From: a virus
Lineage: Duplodnaviria; Heunggongvirae; Uroviricota; Caudoviricetes
Strand: one strand, 5' to 3'
Length of the DNA: 64,000 nucleotides
Virus record (IMG/VR): IMGVR_UViG_3300031998_000001
Span: 301,064-365,063 of that record
Shown: positions 48,902 through 56,958 of the stretch, piece after piece
Layout of the letters: each line of letters begins with the position of its first letter
Position numbering within the stretch: position 1 is the stretch's first letter
Notes under the pieces: model-generated
Databases searched by the model: none
Seen by the model: only the letters and a program-made list of their open reading frames with translations
What the model was told of the DNA's origin: nothing
Program-made: the position numbers and the translations under genes

Positions 48902-49573
48902 ATGGATATTGCTGGCATTCGGAAACAGGAAGACGGACTGCCCTGCTTCATAGTCGAGACAGGTCGGGAAGGGAACACGGACTTCATCGTGTTCAGGGGC
49001 GGATACGAAACACGCCACGATTACAACTGGCTCGTTGATGCCGAACAGATTGATATGTGGTTCAACGGTTCGGTGTGGCAGGACGGCATACCGAAGCAGA
49101 TGTGGGTGTCCCGCAAGCCAGTCCCGATTTCCGAAGCCGAGTATTCCTCTCTGGTCAGGGAGATACAGAAGGGCACGAGGATGCTCTCCGTGTTCAACGC
49201 GACCTGCGATGCGCTCTCGAAGAGGTACGGGAGGAATGTCGTAAAGCCAGACGAGTTTCCGTCCGACGAGGGTTGCTTCGTGTACCTGCGCAGGGATGTG
49301 CTTCCGTACCTTGTCGGCTGGGGGCTGTTCAGGGGGCGGATTACGGTAGCCGATGCGAAGGGTATGCGGTGGGACGCGGAAGCCGAGCAGTTCGCAGTCC
49401 CAGTCCATCCAGAGGGCGAAGGGGGCGTGTTCAAGTTCCTCCGACTGCCCGTGAAAGTCCCCGAAGCAATATGGGACAGGCTGTATTCGGAAGCCGAGAG
49501 GCTCATATCCGACAGGGAGGATTTTATGGAGAGATGTCGGAAGTTGGTTGAAGGTAAGAAGAGCCGTTTCTGA
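48902..49573 (+). CDS. Hypothetical protein
   Basis: ATG after an AT-rich TATAAATA leader. Confidence 0.65.
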   Translation: MDIAGIRKQEDGLPCFIVETGREGNTDFIVFRGGYETRHDYNWLVDAEQIDMWFNGSVWQDGIPKQMWVSRKPVPISEAEYSSLVREIQKGTRMLSVFNATCDALSKRYGRNVVKPDEFPSDEGCFVYLRRDVLPYLVGWGLFRGRITVADAKGMRWDAEAEQFAVPVHPEGEGGVFKFLRLPVKVPEAIWDRLYSEAERLISDREDFMERCRKLVEGKKSRF

Positions 49574-49865
49574 AATCTTCGGGGATTCCCCATATATTAT
49601 GGTTGAAAGGAAAGATTGCGATATGAACAATACGGATATGGGGCTTGAACCCTACGAGAGAATGGAGAACGGAAGGCGGAGAGGGCTTCGTGCGAGGCGA
49701 TGCACCGCCTGCCTGCCGAACAGGAACAATGTGCGCAAGTGCAAGTCGTGCCGAGATTTCCCGTACGGAGAGTGCGGTGTTACGAACCCGAAGCACCCAG
49801 CCTGCCCGAAGCACAGGTATTAGTTGCGGGTTTATAAATAATGATAGAATATATTTGAATTTGAT

Positions 49866-50321
49866 ATGATACACATCAGGAGATTGAACGAGATGGCTGA
49901 AGCCGACCAGACGCTCACCCCGATACAGCGGGAGGTGATGGCTGAACTCAAGGAGAGGTACGGCATAGATACGGGCAATATCACTTGGGGGAGCGACAAC
50001 TACTTCTGCAACGATGCCGACGGTTGCAACGGGAGCGTATATAAAAGTGAAGAGGAGGCGCGGAGGTCGATATTAAGCCCGACTGGTGACAACCACCAGA
50101 ACGCCCTTGATTTTGTTGAGGACGCAATGGGGGATGAAGAATGGATTGGCTTTCTGGAGAATTGCGGTATCAACCGCAGGACTGCGGAGAAAATCATATC
50201 GGGGGGCAACTGGAAGAAGGTCGTTGAGATTGTGGTGAAGAACGAAGGCGCAAAGTTCTTTTTGAGCACATATTCGGGCGGTACATTTGAACTCGGCAAC
50301 GGCTATATTGTTTATTTCTAA
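49866..50321 (+). CDS. MxHI-tag family protein
   Basis: Starts MIHIRRLNEM; late promoter at 49833. Confidence 0.7.
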   Translation: MIHIRRLNEMAEADQTLTPIQREVMAELKERYGIDTGNITWGSDNYFCNDADGCNGSVYKSEEEARRSILSPTGDNHQNALDFVEDAMGDEEWIGFLENCGINRRTAEKIISGGNWKKVVEIVVKNEGAKFFLSTYSGGTFELGNGYIVYF

Positions 50322-50335
50322 AAATAATAATCACG

Positions 50336-50716
50336 GTGGAAAGTTACAAGAATTACATTGGGAAGAAAACGGAGGTCGATAACCGCGTCAAGGCTATTAT
50401 GAACTGGCTCAACGAAAGACCGAAGGACGACTACATTGCGGTAAGGCAGAGCAGGACATTGTTGCAGTCCGTGTTCGAGGAGTTTATGAAGTATTGCGAC
50501 GACCTGTTCGATGCAAGGGGCGTGCTCCGCGAGGTCGCCGAGGGGCGCAGGCACTTCAGCCACGCGCAGAGGCTTATGTCCGACTACAGGGGCGACTACA
50601 AGGAGGTGGACGATGCCTTCTTCCGCTTCGAGTGTACGGACTTCTCCACTGGCATCGAGTATCCCCAGCCGTTCTATGTGAGGCGACCAGCGGAATTTCA
50701 CGGGCGCGTAATATAG
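50336..50716 (+). CDS. Hypothetical protein
   Basis: 126-aa ORF. Confidence 0.6.
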   Translation: MESYKNYIGKKTEVDNRVKAIMNWLNERPKDDYIAVRQSRTLLQSVFEEFMKYCDDLFDARGVLREVAEGRRHFSHAQRLMSDYRGDYKEVDDAFFRFECTDFSTGIEYPQPFYVRRPAEFHGRVI

Positions 50717-50835
50717 GCTGTATAGCCGATAGACGCGCTTTATAGGCTGTACAGCCGATATTTCGGTTTCCCGAAATATAAATAAGATATAATATAAATA
50801 ATATGCGGAATGTATGCGGCAAGACATTCCAGATT

Positions 50836-50981
50836 ATAGGCAGCCGTACTGCCGAATACAAGCCTGTGGAGAATCCAACAGCGGATGACCGTTGCTTATG
50901 CAACCTAAAAAGCGGTGGTTCTGTGAAGCAGGAAGGAGGAACTGGCGAAGAACATAGTTTTTCATAGGTTTTCCATACGGT
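50836..50981 (+). ncRNA. TnpB omegaRNA-like cassette, copy 4
   Basis: Same scaffold as 5205/9368/10040; TATAAATA upstream and terminator downstream. Confidence 0.65.
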
Positions 50982-51068
50982 TAAGGCTTATTTTTTATTG
51001 TCGTAAATACGGAAAAGCCCGATAGTCAATATCGGGCTTTTCCTTTTGCGTACTGTTCGGGTTTGCTC

Positions 51069-51698
51069 CTACGGTATGAACCTGCATACCCGTATGTAGT
51101 ATTCCTCTGGCTTGAAGTCGCCTTCGCCCGCGCAGTTGAGGCGGTTCATCATATCGCAGAACTCCCTGACCGTGAAGTGCCTTTTCGCCTTTTCTTCGGA
51201 CATTCCGTTCTTCATATCGCTCCTTTCCTCCCTTTTCACATAGAATCGGAAGTCCTCCTCGCGCATCCTCCCGATGTCGTCCTTGCAGTTGTTGCCCAGA
51301 TGGATTTTTACCGAGTGCAAGTCCCTGCGGAGCATATATATGCACATATTCGCCTGCGGGCGTTTCTTGCCCTCGTAGATGCGCAGGTATTTCCCCTTCA
51401 GTATGTTCTCGTTAGACCTGTTCCAAGCCTCCGTGAACTTCTCTATTGTCATCGTGCTGTTGGTCAGGCTGTCTATCTTTCCGTATTTCTTGATAATGTC
51501 GTCCAGCGTTTCCCTGCTGATGCCGTTCGTCCATTCGCCCATAAACTTCTTCTGGTCTATGCCCTCTTCCTGCGCATATCTCCTTACATCAGCCCACCAC
51601 AGTATGTACGCATCGTATATGCTCTTGCTTCCGAAGCCGAAAAGCCCTTCGTCCAGCGGCTCTCCGCAGAACTCGTCGAATGTCTTTATGTGTACCAT
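51069..51698 (-). CDS. MxHI-tag family protein
   Basis: Starts MVHIKTFDEFCGEPLDEG; late promoter at 51725. Confidence 0.7.
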   Translation of the reverse strand: MVHIKTFDEFCGEPLDEGLFGFGSKSIYDAYILWWADVRRYAQEEGIDQKKFMGEWTNGISRETLDDIIKKYGKIDSLTNSTMTIEKFTEAWNRSNENILKGKYLRIYEGKKRPQANMCIYMLRRDLHSVKIHLGNNCKDDIGRMREEDFRFYVKREERSDMKNGMSEEKAKRHFTVREFCDMMNRLNCAGEGDFKPEEYYIRVCRFIP

Positions 51699-51801
51699 AT
51701 CCAATTCAAAAATATATTCTTACTTATTTATATTTTTTCTGAAATTCCTATTTATTAACTATATATTAGTGTTGGAAAGAAAACAACAAAAGCGTAAGGA
51801 A

Positions 51802-52455
51802 ATGAAAGACGACAGAGTTAACAAAGTTTCGCACTACAACGCGCTCCCGATAGAGTGCATAGATGTAATCAAGTATTTCGACCTCCCGATAGGCAATGTA
51901 ATCAAGTATTGCTGGCGTGCAGGCTTGAAGAAGGAGGAGGGCATAAGCCAGATTGACAAGGAGATAGAGGACTTGAAGAAAGCCCAGTATTACCTCAACT
52001 GCAAGATTGCTATGCTTGAGGAGCAGAAGGCTCGCGAGGAACTGGGGCACTCCCCAGTGGCATCGACCATAGTTCAGGCGAGAACGCCATATACGAATAC
52101 GATAGACGGCAAGGGCAGGGTTACGGTGCGTATGGCGGATGCGGACGACTACAGGGAGGCGGTGAAGAACCCGTATGCGACGAACACATCCCGCGCAAGG
52201 AACGAGGGGCTTGTGTCCGCATTGATATACGGGGAGGAGATGTTTTCCGATGGAGGCGTTGCCGTGTATGACATCGGCATCATATTCGCCAAGAGCGTGG
52301 ATGAGGCGAAGGCTTACTTCGAGAAGCAGTGCGGGAAGTGGGCTGTGTGCTATTCCGACCTGAAGTTCATCGCGATGGACGGAGGCAGGGAGCATTCGCT
52401 CGCATACGAGTACGGCAATGTCGAGTTCAACCCAGACAGCGAATGGAGAGCATAA
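51802..52455 (+). CDS. DUF3310-domain protein
   Basis: VSHYN..IECIDVI..GNVIKYCWRAGLK..IEDLKKAQYYL. Confidence 0.8.
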   Translation: MKDDRVNKVSHYNALPIECIDVIKYFDLPIGNVIKYCWRAGLKKEEGISQIDKEIEDLKKAQYYLNCKIAMLEEQKAREELGHSPVASTIVQARTPYTNTIDGKGRVTVRMADADDYREAVKNPYATNTSRARNEGLVSALIYGEEMFSDGGVAVYDIGIIFAKSVDEAKAYFEKQCGKWAVCYSDLKFIAMDGGREHSLAYEYGNVEFNPDSEWRA

Positions 52456-52477
52456 ACCAGTAAAAAATCATATTGAT

Positions 52478-52708
52478 ATGGCGGTATTGACGATAGAGTA
52501 CAACGATTTCAATTCCCATTACCAAGGCTGGGAGGTGCGCGTAATGAACTCACACGGTCAGAAGTGGGACTTCCGCAGGATTGGAATTTCGGAAGAGGAT
52601 GTCCGTGCGCTTGTTAAGGGCAAGGGCAAGACGGAGGCGATAAAGGAACTTGTGCGCAGGGGTGCGCTTATGCCGTTCTACGGCGGTGATATGCACCTTG
52701 ACGATTAG
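52478..52708 (+). CDS. Hypothetical protein
   Basis: ORF in operon. Confidence 0.55.
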   Translation: MAVLTIEYNDFNSHYQGWEVRVMNSHGQKWDFRRIGISEEDVRALVKGKGKTEAIKELVRRGALMPFYGGDMHLDD

Positions 52709-52741
52709 GATGTTTAAATGTTTAATTATAAAAATAACACA

Positions 52742-53044
52742 ATGGAAAATTCAGGAAAGAAAGGTGCGGACGGAAACCGCATAATTGACGAGAAGTTGCT
52801 TCAGTTTTTCAACAACGGCGGTATGATGCGCGACGGGTATGTGATAGTGTTTGACGACCAAGAACTCAACAGGATGCTCGGTAACGGCATAATCTTCCCT
52901 ACGGAGGTTCAGGCGAGGGAGTTTGTTGCCGACCCGGTTGCAACGCCGTTTGCTGTGCGCAAGGTAAAGGTCGGGCTGGGCATACCGAACGAGGTACTTG
53001 ACGAAATGCAGGCAAAAGCCCGTGAAGCATCGAAGGAGGAATAG
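52742..53044 (+). CDS. Hypothetical protein
   Basis: ORF in operon. Confidence 0.6.
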   Translation: MENSGKKGADGNRIIDEKLLQFFNNGGMMRDGYVIVFDDQELNRMLGNGIIFPTEVQAREFVADPVATPFAVRKVKVGLGIPNEVLDEMQAKAREASKEE

Positions 53045-53046
53045 TT

Positions 53047-53556
53047 ATGCCAGCGGGATATACGCGGAAGGAGTACAAGGACACAATCGAGAAGAGGATT
53101 GAGTGGCTTCGCAAGAACCTGAAGAAAGGTGCGTTCGACACATTTGAACTTTCGATGATAGAGAGGGCACTTCGGGACAATGTTGACTTGGAGTACGGGT
53201 ACGCCTCATCGCTTGATGTCGCCGACGGGCGCGAAACTTCACAGCGTTACAAGGAGGTGGAGGCTGACAGGGGCAAGGCTCTTGCGAGGGCGTTGCAGAG
53301 GAACAAGTACAAGGACGAACTCGAATACACTGTCAACTGCGCTTTGAGCCGTTGCATAGACCCGACAAGCCCGATACCCGTGCAGGAGATACTCCGCGAG
53401 CATTTCGTACACTACCACAACTTCGTGATGAACGAAGCACTGGCGAAGGTCTATGACGCTTTCGGATGCCACGACTGCGCAGGGGCTGGCAAGTGTCCGA
53501 CTTGCAGGCACAAGGAGTTGAGGGACAAGATACTTGCGTTCCGAGAGACGCTTTGA
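53047..53556 (+). CDS. Hypothetical protein with a C-terminal Cys cluster
   Basis: CHDC...CPTC. Confidence 0.65.
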   Translation: MPAGYTRKEYKDTIEKRIEWLRKNLKKGAFDTFELSMIERALRDNVDLEYGYASSLDVADGRETSQRYKEVEADRGKALARALQRNKYKDELEYTVNCALSRCIDPTSPIPVQEILREHFVHYHNFVMNEALAKVYDAFGCHDCAGAGKCPTCRHKELRDKILAFRETL

Positions 53557-53662
53557 CAGGACTGTTTTCTTATGTTTATGTTTATACCGACACCAGCCGC
53601 TGAAACGCTCGGCTGGTGTTTTTGATTTTATAAATAAGTTATATATAATATAACTTTGAATT

Positions 53663-55188
53663 ATGAAAAACAATGGTTCGATAGGCGACAACATCAGGAG
53701 GAGTGCGAAGGTGTACGACAGCCTTATGGCGAAGGCGAGGTCGGCACGCACGGAGGCGGAGGCTGAAAAGGCTATGCGTCAGGCGGAGATATGGAGGCGT
53801 TTTACGCTTGAGCCGATGACTATGAATTACGGTTCGGACAGGCAAGGATGGGAGGGGGGGGCGAAACTCCCGACTTCTCTGGCTGTGCAGAGCCGTTTGC
53901 AATGGGAAATATGCTCATATTCCGCAAGCCCGAAGGAATTGAATATGAAGTTTCGGTTAACGGTGGCGAATGGTCAAGGGGCGTGTTCACGGTAGGCGGG
54001 GACGGCTGTACCGCAAGGACACGGACTAAAATCACAGTCGGCTGGGGCAAGGAATATGAACCAGAACTATGGTACGCTTCACAGCCCGACCATCAAGACT
54101 ACTGGGATGAAGCGGGCGTAGAACCTCCAGCACCAGACAATGTTGTTGAATGTGTTTCTCCGACAAAGAGTTTCTCGAAGGACAGGCACTATCCGTATTA
54201 CTCTTGGGCGTACAGGCTGTTCAATACATACCGCAGTTGGCAGCAGTACGAAATGAGTCAGGAAAGGTTTGGTACTTTCAGGGAGTTTATGGATTTCATT
54301 GCTTCGGATTGGACAAAGTTCAAGGAAACAGTCTTTCAATGGCGGGGATACAAGTGGGCTATGCCTATTGTGTTTGCAAGTTGGCAGGAAATGCCAGAGA
54401 GCGACGAGTACAGGCACGAGGTTGAGGGTTCGACAAGTTGTGGCTTTGTAACGCCAGTGTTTGACGATACCGTAAAGGTCTATATGCCGAGTGTATTGTC
54501 CTGTTTTGAGAATACGCTTGGTCGAGATGGTTTGCAAAAATTGAAAGAAAAATTAGCAGAGGGCATTCATAGTGGCGCGAACGATGTTTTCGGCTTGCCG
54601 ACACCTATGCCAGACAACTGGCGCAAGCCAGACGGAAGCCCCTTGCAGCCAGACGAGGAGTTGTTCGTATTCTCCGACTACTACAAGGCTCTAATCGAGT
54701 TTATGGAAACCATACCGAGCGGTCAGCGTTTCCAGATTCTCCGCAAGGTTGCGCACAGCAAGAACTTTATGAAGGATACTGGCTTGGGTTATGGCGCATA
54801 TTACAAGAATGACGCAATCGCGGATGTGCTCGCGGATGTTGACTTTGGTATGTACGGTATATGGCAGGGTCACGAAGCCGATTTGGACTGGTGCGAAAAG
54901 GAAATAGATGACAGTTTTGCATATTGGATGGTGCAATATACGCTTTATGCTATTGTTTGCCTTAATACTGGCGATGATGCTATGGCTTGGCAAATGCTTG
55001 ATGAGATTAGAGGAGATATATTTTGCATTTCTCCACATACCCCAACACAGGAGTTGTTGGCGGAACTCTGTACCAGATACGGAATTATACCAGAATGCCG
55101 TATTGACTTGCTCCTTTATGGGTATGGGCATTTGCTCAAGTCGTGTATCAGGGAATATTTCAATCCTGTGTTGCCCGAATGGAATTAG
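53663..55188 (+). CDS. Hypothetical late protein, apparently split by a -1 frameshift at G8 (53854-53861)
   Basis: ORFs 53663-53995 and 53848-55188 overlap across a G8 tract. Confidence 0.55.
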
Positions 55189-55305
55189 TGCTTTCTCGCA
55201 TATACAACAAAAGCCGTGTGAAATCCGCACGGCTTTGTTTATTTCTTTCAAATAGCCTACTTGGTCTCGATTCCGTATGAGAGTTTGTGTGTTTCCCCCG
55301 TATAG

Positions 55306-56811
55306 TCAGTCCATTGGATTATAAGTGTCCCCCTGCGGATGTCGAAGAATATCGACTGCGTGTGGTATGCGGGGTAGTAATTGCCGTTCTCGTCGCTGGC
55401 ATATATTGTCACCGAACCCAAGTGCGCCTCGATTACGAGCAGTCGTTTGATTTTTTTTCATTGCCTCCCAGTATGCGTCGTTCCACGACTTGCCGTCCCA
55501 CGTGACACCCCATCTCTCCGTTCCGTCGTCCGTGGTTATGTTTATGTCTGTGAGCGCGGTTTCGGTTATGTCCGTAGAGCCTTTGGTATTGAACATAAGG
55601 GTTATGTGGGCGGTGCGGGAACTTCCGACTGGCGACCAGCCGTCCTTCCCCTTTATATGGAGTTTCCCCTCTGCGTATGCGAGCGTGCCTTCGGTGTCCG
55701 AAGCACCCTTGCTACCGAGAGCGTTTATGGCGTTCCCGTCAAGGCTTATGCTTGTCGTGAACCTGAATCCTGCGGTGTGCTTGGCGTACCTTCCGCAGAA
55801 AGCACCGAAGCCCCCAGTCTTGTCGAGCATCGCCCTTACCGACTTGTAGTTGATTGAGCAGTATTCGGTTTTGTAGTACGGCACTTTAAGTTTTCCGTCC
55901 TCGTAATCTCCGATTTTTTCTTTATAGTCCGTTGATACGCCAGCACCAAGTATTGCCCCGTGCAGTGCTTTGAGCAGTGCCTTTTCGTCATACCCGCTCT
56001 TTTCCGTCCCGTAGGAGTATATGTGGTCTATGAAGTTCGAGTATGGCGTTGTATCGTTGAACATCATATAGAACGGAAGCAGTGCGGTGTATTCATCGTC
56101 TATGATTTCTCCGTCCTTCACCACTGGGAGCGGGAGTTTGGATATGACATAGCAAGCCTTGAAACTATCCCTGTAGTCACAGACGGGAGAATGTGCGAAG
56201 TTGTCATCCTCGTTCGGGTCGAACAGCGCGTCGCACAGCGTTGCTTCAGACGCGCCTCCGAAATTGAAGTCCCCGATGAGCATCTTTGTCAACTCCCCTA
56301 TGAACTGCGGGGTGAAAGACTCGGAGTTCTCGATGAGGAACTTCAGTATCTCCGCCACCGTATATACCTCATCGTTCAGGCATTTGTCTGGAAGCGTCTG
56401 GTCTTGGTTGAACACGGAGTTGATGACCTCCGTGAACTCCTGCGGGGAATCTTCGCCAGCCATCCCGCCCATCTCCATATCGAGGTAGTGCCTGAACATA
56501 AGGTACGCTATGCGGTGGAACATAACTTCCTTGAAGTGCTCGCACCAGTATATGCGCACCATATCAGAAGGCGGGTTGCCTATTTTGTCCCCCCAGTAGT
56601 CCGTTCCCGCTATGCCCTTTTCCATTGCGCGGGTAACACCGTCAATCGACACCCTGTAGTCCGCAGGGTATCTGAACACATCCGCATTGCCCATCCAGTC
56701 GTATCCGACAAGTTTCTGTGCCGTTTTGAGATATTCGTCCGCTTCGGCAAACGCCTTCCATACATCCTCATACCTCTCCGATATGAATGGATATTTCGTG
56801 TAACCGCTCAT
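55306..56811 (-). CDS. Hypothetical protein (501 aa)
   Basis: Long ORF with TATTTATA upstream. Confidence 0.7.
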   Translation of the reverse strand: MSGYTKYPFISERYEDVWKAFAEADEYLKTAQKLVGYDWMGNADVFRYPADYRVSIDGVTRAMEKGIAGTDYWGDKIGNPPSDMVRIYWCEHFKEVMFHRIAYLMFRHYLDMEMGGMAGEDSPQEFTEVINSVFNQDQTLPDKCLNDEVYTVAEILKFLIENSESFTPQFIGELTKMLIGDFNFGGASEATLCDALFDPNEDDNFAHSPVCDYRDSFKACYVISKLPLPVVKDGEIIDDEYTALLPFYMMFNDTTPYSNFIDHIYSYGTEKSGYDEKALLKALHGAILGAGVSTDYKEKIGDYEDGKLKVPYYKTEYCSINYKSVRAMLDKTGGFGAFCGRYAKHTAGFRFTTSISLDGNAINALGSKGASDTEGTLAYAEGKLHIKGKDGWSPVGSSRTAHITLMFNTKGSTDITETALTDINITTDDGTERWGVTWDGKSWNDAYWEAMKKNQTTARNRGALGFGDNICQRRERQLLPRIPHAVDILRHPQGDTYNPMD

Positions 56812-56958
56812 TGTCCTGTACTTATATTATGCTATATATAGCCTATCTATTATCTTATTTATACGGTCGGGCAAATCGGATGTTTTTCCTTTGTGATATA
56901 AATAACATACACTAAATTTGCAAACCCTAATTGTCTAACAAAAAAATAATAATCATAT

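Noticed and set aside
50713-50760. Direct repeat TATAGGCTGTAYAGCCGATA x2
   Set aside because: Only two copies with a 9-nt gap; possibly an operator, but nothing supports a call
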